A stretch of 64,000 nucleotides of DNA, taken from assembly GCA_036568505.1 (NCBI GenBank), contig DATCSK010000027.1:8828-72827 (forward strand), in the 5' to 3' direction. The notes under the pieces were generated by a model, which was not told the DNA's origin, made no database searches, and was given only the letters and a program-made list of their open reading frames with translations. Each line of letters starts with the position of its first letter. The stretch's first letter is position 1. The position numbers and the translations under genes were made by a program. Origin of the DNA: Pseudomonadales bacterium (lineage in GTDB: Bacteria; Pseudomonadota; Gammaproteobacteria; Pseudomonadales; M0112). Of the stretch, positions 19,445 to 29,374 are shown piece after piece.

Positions 19445-19638
19445 AAAATGCTTATTGGCCAGCGCGACACTGATAATAATGCGGCCGCCTCTTCCAGAGA
19501 GCCCGCTAACCACGCAGCCAGAGCTATTTTGACGTATTCATGGAGCAGCACCTGCCAGCATGATTCCAGTAATTGATTTTTCGGGTCACCCCCGGACGTG
19601 AGGACATCATGGCTGAAACAACCAAGAGGAAAAGGACG

Positions 19639-20913
19639 ATGTTGAGCTGGGATGACTACCACGCCGCCGAAGAAACCCCTGTTCAGGCTCGCCAACAGGC
19701 CATACGCGACACCCCCGTTATTGAAGAACCGGAAGAACACACTCCCCCGGCCAAGGCCCCGGTAGCCGCCGCCCAAGCCAAGGCCACTCCCGCACCGGCG
19801 ACCAGCACCTCTGCGGCGGCCAACATTGCCCGCGCACAAGCCGCGCTGGAAGCACTCGATGTCGCTCCCGGACTGGAAGAGCTTGAAATGGGCGCATCCC
19901 GCGTGGAAGTCGACGACAAGCGCATGATCAATTGCCGGGCGGATTTGAACCAGCTTGTGCCTTTTAAATACGATTGGGCCTGGCAGAAGTACCTGGATGG
20001 CTGTGCCAACCACTGGATGCCGCAAGAGGTCAACATGACCGCCGATGTCAGCCTATGGAAAAGCAGCGACGGCCTCTCCGACGATGAGCGCCGCATCATC
20101 ATGCGTTCATTGGGCTATTTCTCGACGGCCGACTCACTGGTTGCCAATAATCTGGTGCTGGCGATTTACCGCTTGATCACCAATCCGGAATGTCGCCAGT
20201 ACATCCTGCGCCAAGGGTTTGAAGAAGCCATTCATACCCACGCCTATCAATATTGTATTGAGTCATTGGGCATGGACGAAGGCGAGGTCTTCAATATGTA
20301 CCGCGAGGTGCCTTCCGTGGCTCGCAAAGCCACCTGGAGCCTCAAGCATACCCAGTCACTGGGCGATCCAACATTCCGCACCGGCACGCCCGAAACCGAT
20401 CAGGAGTTACTGCGCAATCTGGTCGCGTTTTATGTCGTCACCGAAGGGATTTTCTTCTACTGCGGCTTCACCCAGATTCTGTCCATGGGGCGCCGCAACA
20501 AGATGACCGGTGTGGCGGAGCAGTTCCAATACATCCTGCGCGATGAATCGATGCATCTGAATTTCGGCATTGACGTCATCAACCAGATCAAACTGGAAAA
20601 CCCGCATCTGTGGACCGCCGAGTTCCAGCAGGAAGTCATCCAGATGATTCTCGAGGGTACCCAGCTCGAGATCGAATACGCTCGTGACACGATGCCTCGT
20701 GGCGTACTCGGCATGAACGCTGCCATGATGGAAGAATACCTGCAATTCATCGCCAATCGCCGTCTGGCGCAGCTCGGTCTTCCAGAGCACTTCAAAGGCT
20801 CAAAAAATCCTTTCCCGTGGATGTCTGAAATTATGGATCTGCGCAAGGAGAAGAACTTCTTTGAAACACGCGTCACCGAATACCAGACTGGCGGAGCGCT
20901 CAGCTGGGAGTGA
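19639..20913 (+). CDS. nrdB: Class Ia ribonucleotide reductase beta subunit
   Basis: Di-iron ligand motifs [13 protein letters not shown] and [11 protein letters not shown]. Start set at MLSWDDY after AAGAGGAAAAGGA. An alternative ATG lies at 19609. Confidence 0.92.
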   Translation: MLSWDDYHAAEETPVQARQQAIRDTPVIEEPEEHTPPAKAPVAAAQAKATPAPATSTSAAANIARAQAALEALDVAPGLEELEMGASRVEVDDKRMINCRADLNQLVPFKYDWAWQKYLDGCANHWMPQEVNMTADVSLWKSSDGLSDDERRIIMRSLGYFSTADSLVANNLVLAIYRLITNPECRQYILRQGFEEAIHTHAYQYCIESLGMDEGEVFNMYREVPSVARKATWSLKHTQSLGDPTFRTGTPETDQELLRNLVAFYVVTEGIFFYCGFTQILSMGRRNKMTGVAEQFQYILRDESMHLNFGIDVINQIKLENPHLWTAEFQQEVIQMILEGTQLEIEYARDTMPRGVLGMNAAMMEEYLQFIANRRLAQLGLPEHFKGSKNPFPWMSEIMDLRKEKNFFETRVTEYQTGGALSWE

Positions 20914-20918
20914 TTCAG

Positions 20919-20950
20919 AAACGGGGCAGCATCGCTGCCCCGTTTGCTTT
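20919..20950 (+). terminator. Intrinsic terminator of nrdB
   Basis: AAACGGGGCAGC-atc-GCTGCCCCGTTT followed by GCTTT. Confidence 0.75.
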
Positions 20951-20997
20951 ACGCACCACGGCTTTCAGGCACGACAACAACGGCCAGGAGTATCTGC

Positions 20998-21177
20998 ATG
21001 AGCGATGACAGCAGCACCGATGCCAAAAACCTGACTCTCACACTCGCCCGTCTGGCCGATGCCATTGAACGACTCAATGGTCTCGTCGAAGGTTTGGCGA
21101 TTGAGTTAACCGACTTGTCGGATGAGATGGCAACCGAGTACGAGGCCGAACCCGGACAGCCCCGCACCTTGCACTAA
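20998..21177 (+). CDS. Small acidic hypothetical protein (59 aa)
   Basis: ATG preceded by CAGGAG. The helical acidic sequence is MSDDSSTDAKNLTLTLARLADAIERL. No family recognised. Confidence 0.3.
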   Translation: MSDDSSTDAKNLTLTLARLADAIERLNGLVEGLAIELTDLSDEMATEYEAEPGQPRTLH

Positions 21178-21200
21178 ATCGTCGCCCGCAGCGTCGGCGA

Positions 21201-22022
21201 TTACTTCAGATACACCTGCACGGGAATCCAGCGGTATTGCATGGACTCCAGCCTGCCGGAGGCTTTCAGGCCGGCGAGTGCTTCATTCAAGCCTTTCAAT
21301 AACGCCTTGTCGTCTTTACGCACAGCCCACGCCAGGGACTCTTCCGTCAGCGGCCGGTACATGCTGATCAAGGTATCGGCCCAAGGTGATACTGCCAAGT
21401 CCCAGCTGGTGGGTGCATCATGAATAAAGATGTCGATTTGACCCTTATTTAAAGCATCCAAGCCTTGCTCGGCCGTTGCGTAACCCTGTTTGACCCGGAT
21501 CACGGCAGTACCATCAACGAATGCCTGACCGGTCGTATCGTTCACAAAACCAACCCGGGCACCCGACTCCAACGCCTGCATCGGCGTACGGAACCGCCCG
21601 GCATCACGAATACGGATAATCGCCATCTGCCCCAAGGTCATGTAGGAGTCACTGAACGCGACCAGCTCCGCACGCTCCTCGGTCACCGTCATGCCCGACA
21701 TGATCACATCCACATCGCCGCGCAGTAGCGCCGGAATCAGCTCACTCCACGGCATCGGTACAATGTCCTCCGCCATGCCCATCTGTGCGGCAACCACGCC
21801 CGCCAATTCAACTTCCATGCCTTTGATCACGCCATCTTCCTGATAAGCCATGGGCGGGTAATCTGGCGACATCCCCACACGCAGGATTTTGGTTGCCGCA
21901 GGCCGTGAAGCCTCCGTAGCCGAATCCGGCGTTCCTGAGCACGCGGTGAGCCATGCCAACGCCAGCAAGAAACTTGCCGCTTTCAGGTAACGCAGTGATG
22001 TGATCAGGCAAGCAGGCAACAT
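21201..22022 (-). CDS. Periplasmic substrate-binding lipoprotein, family 3 (amino-acid ABC type)
   Basis: Lipobox LTACSG. SBP_bac_3-like sequence (RVGMSPDYPPMAY...DVIMSGMT). No permease or ATPase gene adjacent. Confidence 0.7.
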   Translation of the reverse strand: MLPACLITSLRYLKAASFLLALAWLTACSGTPDSATEASRPAATKILRVGMSPDYPPMAYQEDGVIKGMEVELAGVVAAQMGMAEDIVPMPWSELIPALLRGDVDVIMSGMTVTEERAELVAFSDSYMTLGQMAIIRIRDAGRFRTPMQALESGARVGFVNDTTGQAFVDGTAVIRVKQGYATAEQGLDALNKGQIDIFIHDAPTSWDLAVSPWADTLISMYRPLTEESLAWAVRKDDKALLKGLNEALAGLKASGRLESMQYRWIPVQVYLK

Positions 22023-22156
22023 AGGGAATCCTCTTATCGGTTGTACTCATTATACGGTGCCGGAACCCAAGCATACGATATAGGAGCATACGCTGCCTCA
22101 AATGTTCAATCGTGCTACCATCGCGCCATGAAATACCCTCTGGCGTACCACTGTTC

Positions 22157-23926
22157 ATGAGCCCCACACCCGCCCCCAACAGCATTCAGCTTTACCACCG
22201 ATTGCTTGGCTATCTGAAGCCAACGTGGCTCTATTTTGCCGTCAGCATTACCGGCTTTATTGTTTTTGCCGCCACCCAACCCTGGCTGGCCAGCATCATG
22301 CAGGATGTCGAGACCACCCTCAAAGGCGGCCCCAACGTCAATTATCTGTACGTTCCCTTATTGGTACTGGGCATTGTGCTGATTCGCGGTGCCGGTGAAT
22401 TTGTGGGCAACTTTTTCATGACGCTGGTTGCCCGCAGCCTCGTCCACCGGCTGCGCACGCAAAGTTTCGATAGCATGCTGCTACTCCCCACCCGCTTTTT
22501 TGAAAGCAACTCGTCCGGGCAGCTCATCTACAAAGTCACCGCCCTCATCGAAAACGTCACCGCCGCCATCACCCGCGCATTGACCATTATCATCCGCGAA
22601 GGCGCCACCAGCATTGCCCTGCTCAGCTACATGATATGGACCAATTGGAAACTCACGCTGGTGTTTCTCGCCACCGCGCCTTTGATTTTTTTCGTGGTTC
22701 GCTGGACCAGTTCCCGCATGCGGAAGCTCAGCCGAAAGATGCAGCAGTCGCGCGGCATCTTGACGCACATCGCTGCCGAAGCCATCAGCGGTTACAAAGA
22801 AATCAAAGCGTTTGAAGCACAACATAGCGAATCTGCACGCTTTTGCGATGCCAGCCAAAAAAACATGGAGCAGGAAGTCAAACGCAGCCTGACCAGCGAA
22901 GCCGCCACCCCCATCATCCAGTTTATTTACGCCGTCGCTTTGGCCGTTTTACTCGGCATTGCACTGTACCCCGGCATGAACAGCGGCTCCATGGGTGAAC
23001 TGCTCTCCTATGTATTTGCCGCAGGCCTGATGCCAAAATCCCTACGCCAACTCACCACCGTCAATAGCGTGATTCAACAAGGCCTTGCGGCTGCCGAAGA
23101 TATTTTTGCACTGCTCGATGAGCCTGCCGAGCACGACCCCGGCTCACGCGAACTGCAGTTCACGCACGGCGAAATCACTGTTCGCGACGTGTCTTTCCGA
23201 TACCCCGGTCAGGAAAAATACGTATTGCACGATATTAACCTGCTGATTCCTGCCGGCAAAACCGTCGCCATCGTGGGTCGTTCCGGCAGCGGCAAGACAA
23301 CGCTCGCCAAACTGATTGCCCGTTTTTATGATTACCAGTCCGGTGAGATCCTGGTCGATAACGCCGACATCCGCGACTTCACACTAAAAAGCTTTCGCCG
23401 ACAAATTTCGATCGTCAGTCAACAAGTCACGCTATTCAACGGCACCATTGCCGAGAACATCGCTTTCGGTTTGTATCAAGATGCCTCTCAAGAAGACATT
23501 ATGCGGGCTGCCAAAGATGCGCATGTCACCGAATTTCTAGCACAACAACCCGACGGCATTAACACGCTGGTTGGTGAAGACGGTGTGAATTTGTCCGGCG
23601 GCCAACGGCAACGCGTGGCGATTGCCCGCGCCTTGCTGAAAAACTCACCCATTCTGATTCTGGATGAAGCCACCTCGGCGCTGGACAACGAATCCGAAAG
23701 CATGATTCAGGCCGCACTCGACAAGGTCATGCGCGGGCGCACCACGATTGTGATCGCGCACCGCTTGAGCACCATTGAAAATGCCGACCTCATTGTGGTG
23801 ATGGACGATGGCCGCATCATTGAAACCGGCAGCCACCAGCAGTTACTCGCACAGCAAGGTGCCTACGCGCGCTTGCACAGCCGGCAATTTGCTGACAACG
23901 GTGACAGCACAGCCGTCGACGCCTGA
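22157..23926 (+). CDS. msbA: Lipid A export ABC transporter (fused permease/ATPase)
   Basis: Six-TM domain plus GRSGSGKTTL, LSGGQRQRVAIARAL and ILILDEATSALD. About 590 aa. Confidence 0.8.
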   Translation: MSPTPAPNSIQLYHRLLGYLKPTWLYFAVSITGFIVFAATQPWLASIMQDVETTLKGGPNVNYLYVPLLVLGIVLIRGAGEFVGNFFMTLVARSLVHRLRTQSFDSMLLLPTRFFESNSSGQLIYKVTALIENVTAAITRALTIIIREGATSIALLSYMIWTNWKLTLVFLATAPLIFFVVRWTSSRMRKLSRKMQQSRGILTHIAAEAISGYKEIKAFEAQHSESARFCDASQKNMEQEVKRSLTSEAATPIIQFIYAVALAVLLGIALYPGMNSGSMGELLSYVFAAGLMPKSLRQLTTVNSVIQQGLAAAEDIFALLDEPAEHDPGSRELQFTHGEITVRDVSFRYPGQEKYVLHDINLLIPAGKTVAIVGRSGSGKTTLAKLIARFYDYQSGEILVDNADIRDFTLKSFRRQISIVSQQVTLFNGTIAENIAFGLYQDASQEDIMRAAKDAHVTEFLAQQPDGINTLVGEDGVNLSGGQRQRVAIARALLKNSPILILDEATSALDNESESMIQAALDKVMRGRTTIVIAHRLSTIENADLIVVMDDGRIIETGSHQQLLAQQGAYARLHSRQFADNGDSTAVDA

Positions 23927-26557
23927 TCAGGCAAATACGATGCGTTCGTTTTCCAGTGACAAGGTGACTGTATCACCCGGTCCGTAACGACCACCCAGCA
24001 TTTCCTGTGCCAGCGGATCCTCAATCAACTTCTGAATCGCACGGCGCAATGGACGCGCACCGTACACCGGATCAAACCCGCTTTCGACCAGTTTATCCAT
24101 CACCGCATCCGGCACCACCAGCGACAAATCACGCTCCTTCATGCGCTTGCGTAACTGTGCCAGCTGCAAATCGGCTATCCGCCGAATATGCGTTTTACTC
24201 AAGGGATGGAACACCACCACTTCATCAATCCGGTTAATCAACTCCGGCCGGAAATGCTGACTGACGACTTCCATCACCGCGTCGCGCATGGCTTGATAGC
24301 GGTTGTCTTGCTGAGAGCCGGCATCCGAATCGTCCGTTTCCATGGTAATAAAATCGTAGGATTTATCGGTTGCCAGATCCTGAATGCGCTCGGAACCCAG
24401 GTTCGATGTCATCACCACCACCGTATTGCGGAAATCCACCGTTCGTCCGTGCCCGTCCGTGAGGCGACCGTCTTCCAGCACTTGCAGGAGAATATTGAAT
24501 ACGTCCGGGTGCGCCTTCTCGACTTCATCCAGCAACAACACCGAATACGGCTTACGGCGAATCGCTTCCGTCAGATAGCCGCCCTCTTCATAACCCACAT
24601 AACCCGGTGGCGCGCCAATCAAACGCGATACCGATTGTTTCTCCATGAACTCAGACATATCGATACGCACCATGGCATCGCGCGTATCAAACAAAAACTC
24701 CGACAAGGCCTTACACAATTCGGTTTTACCCACGCCGGTTGGGCCTAAAAACAGGAACGAGCCATTCGGGCGGTTCGGATCCGACAACCCGGCCCGTGAA
24801 CGACGCACCGCGTTGGATACTGCGCGCACGGCCTCGTCCTGACCAATCACTTTACTGTGCAGTGCGTCTTCCATCTGCAGCAGCTTTTCGCGATCGCTTT
24901 CCATCATTTTGGAAATTGGGATGCCGGTCCATTTCGATACGACCTCGGCGATTTCTTCATCGGTCACGCGATTACGCAGCAAGGTTTTTTCACTGGATTC
25001 GGCAGACTGCGCTGCGGCCAACTGTTTCTCCAATGCCGGAATCACGCCGTACTGCAGTTCCGACATGCGCGCCAAATCACTGCCGCGTCGCGCCGCATCG
25101 AGATCAAGCCGCGCTTGCTCTAAATCCGTTTTGGTTTGCTGCGAATCTTGCAGCACCAATTTTTCAGCCTTCCAGATTTCATCGAGATCGGCGTATTCTT
25201 TCTCCAGGCGCTCAATGTCTTCATTGATTTTGGCCAGGCGCTTTTTCGATGATTCATCCTCGTCTTTTTTGACGGCCTCGCGCTCGATTTTCAGCTGGAT
25301 CAGTTTTCGATCCAGCTTGTCCATGGATTCCGGCTTGGAATCGATTTCCATGCGTATGCGACTGGCGGCCTCATCAATCAAGTCAATCGCTTTGTCCGGC
25401 AAATTACGATCCGTGATGTAGCGCTGCGACAACTTGGTTGCAGCAATAATGGCCGAATCGGTAATGTCCACGCCGTGATGCACTTCGTAGCGTTCTTTCA
25501 AGCCGCGCAAAATAGCAATGGTGTCTTCTTCGCCGGGCTCATCCACCAACACTTTTTGAAAACGCCGCTCCAGTGCCGCGTCTTTCTCAATGTACTGCCG
25601 GTATTCATCCAGCGTGGTCGCTCCCACGCAGTGCAGATCACCGCGTGCCAACGCGGGCTTGAGCATATTGCCGGCATCCATGGCGCCGTCGGTTTTACCG
25701 GCACCCACCATGGTGTGCATTTCATCAATAAATAAAATGACCTGACCGGCCTCTTGCGCGACTTCCTTTAATACGCCTTTCAGTCGCTCTTCAAATTCGC
25801 CCCGGTATTTTGCACCGGCCAGCAGCGCGCCCATATCCAAGGCCAGAATGCGCTTATTGCGCAGACTTTCCGGCACTTCCCCATTGATGATGCGCAATGC
25901 CAGACCTTCAATAATGGCCGTTTTGCCCACGCCGGGCTCACCGATCAAGACCGGGTTATTTTTAGTGCGCCGCTGCAACACCTGGATCGTGCGTCGAATT
26001 TCATCATCGCGCCCAATCACCGGATCGAGCTTGCCGCTTTCGGCACGCTCGGTCAGATCCACCGTGAATCGCTCCAGTGCCTGCCGTGCATTCTCCGCTT
26101 CTTGATCCATCACGCGTTCTCCTCCTCGTAAAGCTTCAATGGCAGCACTCAAGGCTGCTTCGGTTGCACCGTGCTCGTTTATCCAGCGACCGGCATCCAC
26201 CCCGGCTTGCACCATCGCCAACAACGCCAACTCACTGGCGATAAAGTTATCCTGCCGTTGCTGTGCAAGCTTGTCGGCTTGATTCAATACCCGCACCAGA
26301 TCATTGCCGACATGCACGTCACCGGCACGACCTTCCACACGCGGCAATCGGGCCATGGCCTCATCGGCGGCACGACGAATCGCACTGACATCGGCACCGG
26401 CTTTGCGTAGCAAAGGAGCCGCTGTACCACCGTCTTGCTGCAACAACGCTTGCAACAAGTGTACCGGCTCAATCATGGCGTGATCATGCCCCACGGCCTG
26501 CGACTGCGCATCGGCCAAGGCCTGCTGGAGCTGACTGGTTAATTTATCCATTCGCAT
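23927..26557 (-). CDS. clpB: Chaperone ClpB
   Basis: Two AAA+ Walker A motifs, [10 protein letters not shown] and [10 protein letters not shown], with a middle coiled-coil. Start set at [11 protein letters not shown] by analogy to E. coli MRLDRLT. Confidence 0.95.
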   Translation of the reverse strand: MRMDKLTSQLQQALADAQSQAVGHDHAMIEPVHLLQALLQQDGGTAAPLLRKAGADVSAIRRAADEAMARLPRVEGRAGDVHVGNDLVRVLNQADKLAQQRQDNFIASELALLAMVQAGVDAGRWINEHGATEAALSAAIEALRGGERVMDQEAENARQALERFTVDLTERAESGKLDPVIGRDDEIRRTIQVLQRRTKNNPVLIGEPGVGKTAIIEGLALRIINGEVPESLRNKRILALDMGALLAGAKYRGEFEERLKGVLKEVAQEAGQVILFIDEMHTMVGAGKTDGAMDAGNMLKPALARGDLHCVGATTLDEYRQYIEKDAALERRFQKVLVDEPGEEDTIAILRGLKERYEVHHGVDITDSAIIAATKLSQRYITDRNLPDKAIDLIDEAASRIRMEIDSKPESMDKLDRKLIQLKIEREAVKKDEDESSKKRLAKINEDIERLEKEYADLDEIWKAEKLVLQDSQQTKTDLEQARLDLDAARRGSDLARMSELQYGVIPALEKQLAAAQSAESSEKTLLRNRVTDEEIAEVVSKWTGIPISKMMESDREKLLQMEDALHSKVIGQDEAVRAVSNAVRRSRAGLSDPNRPNGSFLFLGPTGVGKTELCKALSEFLFDTRDAMVRIDMSEFMEKQSVSRLIGAPPGYVGYEEGGYLTEAIRRKPYSVLLLDEVEKAHPDVFNILLQVLEDGRLTDGHGRTVDFRNTVVVMTSNLGSERIQDLATDKSYDFITMETDDSDAGSQQDNRYQAMRDAVMEVVSQHFRPELINRIDEVVVFHPLSKTHIRRIADLQLAQLRKRMKERDLSLVVPDAVMDKLVESGFDPVYGARPLRRAIQKLIEDPLAQEMLGGRYGPGDTVTLSLENERIVFA

Positions 26558-26591
26558 CACGGTTACCTGCTGGTCACTCACATGCGGTTAG

Positions 26592-26619
26592 ATATGGGGA
26601 TGCATGGTTATTATTTCAA
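26592..26619 (-). promoter_or_regulatory. Sigma-32 (heat shock) promoter of clpB
   Basis: On the minus strand: TTGAAA, 14 nt, CCCCATAT. This matches the RpoH consensus CTTGAAA-N13-15-CCCCATNT. Confidence 0.7.
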
Positions 26620-26635
26620 CAAGCGATTGCCGCAT

Positions 26636-27382
26636 TCATTGACGCAAGACAATCACGCTGGCCATGCGGCCGGTCACACCATCGCGGCGGTAGGAATAAA
26701 AACGGCCGGCATCGCTCACTGTACACAAACCGCCGCCATGCATCGATTGCACGCCGCAGGCCTGCAATCGCAACCGGGCCAAGCGGTCGATATCGGCCAG
26801 AAATCGCCCCTGCCCATCGGCACAAAACGCCTCCTGCGTGGCTGCTGCTTGATGGGGCATCGCCTCGATAAAGGCATCGCGCACTTCCGCACCCACCTGA
26901 AAAGCCGCAGGCCCAATCGCAGGCCCGAGCCATGCCAACAAGGTATCGGCCGGTGCTTCAAAGCAGCGCACCGTGGCCTCCAGAATACCGGCACACAGGC
27001 CTCGCCAACCCGCATGCGCCACCGCAACCTCACGGCCTTGTCGATCGCATAAAAACACGCTCAGGCAGTCGGCCGTCATCACCGCAATCGGTTGCTCCGG
27101 CGTCCGGGTATAGGCTGCATCGGCTTCAATCGCCGCTCCCGCTACCGTCACCACCGCACAATGATTGCCGTGCACCTGCGTGAGCCATTGCACCGGCCGC
27201 TGATAGCCCATGCGCTGCTGCAGGCGCTCACGATTGCTGGCCACGGCCTGAGGGTCATCGCCCACGTGCAACGCCGGATTGAAGCTGTCCCAAGGCGGCT
27301 GGCTGACCCCGCCCGAGCGCGTGGTGACAATGGCCTCAACCGAGGCAGGCGCGGGCCATTGCGGCTTCAGCCAATCACTCAC
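26636..27382 (-). CDS. pgeF: Peptidoglycan editing factor PgeF (YfiH/DUF152 family)
   Basis: VAHAGWRGL motif. Conserved position between rluD and clpB. ATGA overlap with rluD. Confidence 0.85.
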   Translation of the reverse strand: MSDWLKPQWPAPASVEAIVTTRSGGVSQPPWDSFNPALHVGDDPQAVASNRERLQQRMGYQRPVQWLTQVHGNHCAVVTVAGAAIEADAAYTRTPEQPIAVMTADCLSVFLCDRQGREVAVAHAGWRGLCAGILEATVRCFEAPADTLLAWLGPAIGPAAFQVGAEVRDAFIEAMPHQAAATQEAFCADGQGRFLADIDRLARLRLQACGVQSMHGGGLCTVSDAGRFYSYRRDGVTGRMASVIVLRQ

Positions 27383-28338
27383 AGTGCAGTCCCATCACGG
27401 TGAGCCCTAAGGCCCGCCAGCAATTGCTCGATATCGTCCGGCAGCGGACTTTCCCAGCTGCACGGCTGCCCTGTGATGGGGTGCGAAAACGCGAGCCTTG
27501 CGGCATGCAATGCCTGACGCGGGAATCCGGCCAATAATGCCCGCAACGCCTCATCCGAGCCCTTGGGCACCTTCAGGCGCCCGCCATAAGCCGGATCACC
27601 CACCAAGGGATACCCCAGATGCGCCAGATGCACGCGAATCTGGTGCGTGCGGCCGGTCTCCAACTGCACGTCCACCGCCGTGTGCGACACAAACCGCTCA
27701 CGCAGCCGGTAATGGGTGACCGCCGGCTTGCCACCGGCAACCACCGCCATTTTCTGACGCTGCCGCGGATGCCGGGCCATGGGCTGATCGACGGTGCCGC
27801 CTCCGGTCATCACGCCATTGACCACCGCCACGTACTCGCGACTGACCTCGCGCGCCTGAATCGCCGCCACCAGCGCCTGATGCGAGGCCGGTGTGCGCGC
27901 CACCACCATCAGTCCGCTGGTGTCCTTGTCCAGCCGGTGCACGATACCGGCACGCGGCAGCAGCCTGGCCTCGGGGTAGCGGTGCAACAGGGCATTGAGC
28001 AAGGTGCCTGACTGATGACCGGCCGCAGGATGCACCACCAAGCCAGCCGGCTTGTCGATCACCAGCAGGTCGGCATCTTCATAAACCACCCGCAACGGCA
28101 AAGCCTCGGGGGTATCGGCCGTCATCTGCGGCAAGGTGGCTGACAATCGCATTTGCTGGCCTTCGGCGACCTTGGTATTGGGTTTGGCCGGCTGCCCATC
28201 CAGCGTCAATGCGCCCTCCAGAATCCAGGCTTTCAAGCGCTCCCGCGAAAACCCTTCGATCAGGCGTGCCGCCACCTGATCCAGCCGCGCCCCGGCATCG
28301 TCGTGGCTGATTTCGCGCACTTCATCAACTGCTTGCAT
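27379..28338 (-). CDS. rluD: 23S rRNA pseudouridine synthase D
   Basis: S4 domain, then catalytic VHRLDKDTSGLMVVA. Start set at MQAVDEVREI. Confidence 0.9.
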   Translation of the reverse strand: MQAVDEVREISHDDAGARLDQVAARLIEGFSRERLKAWILEGALTLDGQPAKPNTKVAEGQQMRLSATLPQMTADTPEALPLRVVYEDADLLVIDKPAGLVVHPAAGHQSGTLLNALLHRYPEARLLPRAGIVHRLDKDTSGLMVVARTPASHQALVAAIQAREVSREYVAVVNGVMTGGGTVDQPMARHPRQRQKMAVVAGGKPAVTHYRLRERFVSHTAVDVQLETGRTHQIRVHLAHLGYPLVGDPAYGGRLKVPKGSDEALRALLAGFPRQALHAARLAFSHPITGQPCSWESPLPDDIEQLLAGLRAHRDGTAL

Positions 28339-28445
28339 GACCGCATCCGGCTTGTGAATTGCGTCTAGTATGGGGGGCGGCACCTTTGGAATAAAGGAGG
28401 CCTGTGTTTAAATAGGCGCTCTTTGAAACGACCCGGTTGCCCTTC

Positions 28446-29366
28446 ATGTTGTTCCGCCGCGTAACACTGATGATTCTGACCCTCTCACTGCTGTCGATCA
28501 TGGCCTGCTCCGGTAAAGACGAGATTGATGACTCCATTCCCGAGAGCGAACTGTACGGAACGGCGCGCAAGCAAATCGACGACGGCAATTTTTCGCAAGC
28601 CACCCGCAATCTGGAAGCCCTCGAATCACGCTACCCCTTCGGCCGCTATGCCGAGCAGGCTCAGCTCGAATTGATCTACGCTTACTACAAAAGCAGCGAC
28701 AACGAACTGGCCATCATTGCGGCCGACCGTTTTATTCGCCTGCACCCGCAGCACCCGCAAGCCGACTACGCCTATTACATGCGTGGCCTGGCCAAATACA
28801 CCCAGAATCAAGGCTTGATTGAACGCTACCTGCCCTTCGATGCCACCGAGCGCGACCCGGGCCCGGCGCGCGATTCTTTCGCTGATTTTGCGCTGCTGCT
28901 GCAGAAATACCCGCACAGCGAATACGCGGGCGATGCGCGACTGCGCATGATTTACCTGCGCAATGTGCTGGCGCGCTACGAAGTCAATGTGGCGAACTAT
29001 TATCTCTCTCGCAAAGCCTGGCTGGCCGCGGCCAACCGCGCCCGCGGCGTGGTTGAAAACTTTCCGCAAACACCGGCCGTCCCCGATGCGCTGGCCATCA
29101 TGACCCAAACCTATCTGATCATGGGCCTGAACAATTTGGCGAGTGAAAGCCTGGCCGTATTGAGCACAAACTATCCGCAATACCCGTCACTCGACGCGCA
29201 AGGCAATTTTATTCCACAGATCACCGAAGATTCGCAGGAAAGGTCTTGGGTCGAGCGTATCAGTTTTGGACTATTCGATCGCCCCGATCCGCCGGAGTTT
29301 GATCACCGCAATGACAGCTGGCTGCCGCCTTACAGCACGCCACCGGCCTCAGCCACCCCTCGCTAG
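28446..29366 (+). CDS. bamD: Outer membrane protein assembly factor BamD
   Basis: Lipobox LLSIMACSG and TPR-like repeats. Divergent from rluD, as in E. coli and Pseudomonas. Pro-rich C-terminal extension. Confidence 0.85.
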   Translation: MLFRRVTLMILTLSLLSIMACSGKDEIDDSIPESELYGTARKQIDDGNFSQATRNLEALESRYPFGRYAEQAQLELIYAYYKSSDNELAIIAADRFIRLHPQHPQADYAYYMRGLAKYTQNQGLIERYLPFDATERDPGPARDSFADFALLLQKYPHSEYAGDARLRMIYLRNVLARYEVNVANYYLSRKAWLAAANRARGVVENFPQTPAVPDALAIMTQTYLIMGLNNLASESLAVLSTNYPQYPSLDAQGNFIPQITEDSQERSWVERISFGLFDRPDPPEFDHRNDSWLPPYSTPPASATPR

Positions 29367-29374
29367 TCGGCGGC

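Noticed and set aside
19378-20025. 215-aa minus-strand ORF covering the nrdB promoter and N-terminus
   Set aside because: It overlaps the NrdR boxes and the nrdB coding start. Its Gly/Arg-rich composition is typical of antisense to an Ala/Pro-rich coding region.
23921-23930. msbA and clpB stop codons abut as the palindrome TGATCA with no intergenic space
   Set aside because: It is real in the sequence but most simply a coincidence of convergent genes. No hairpin or other structure is associated with it.
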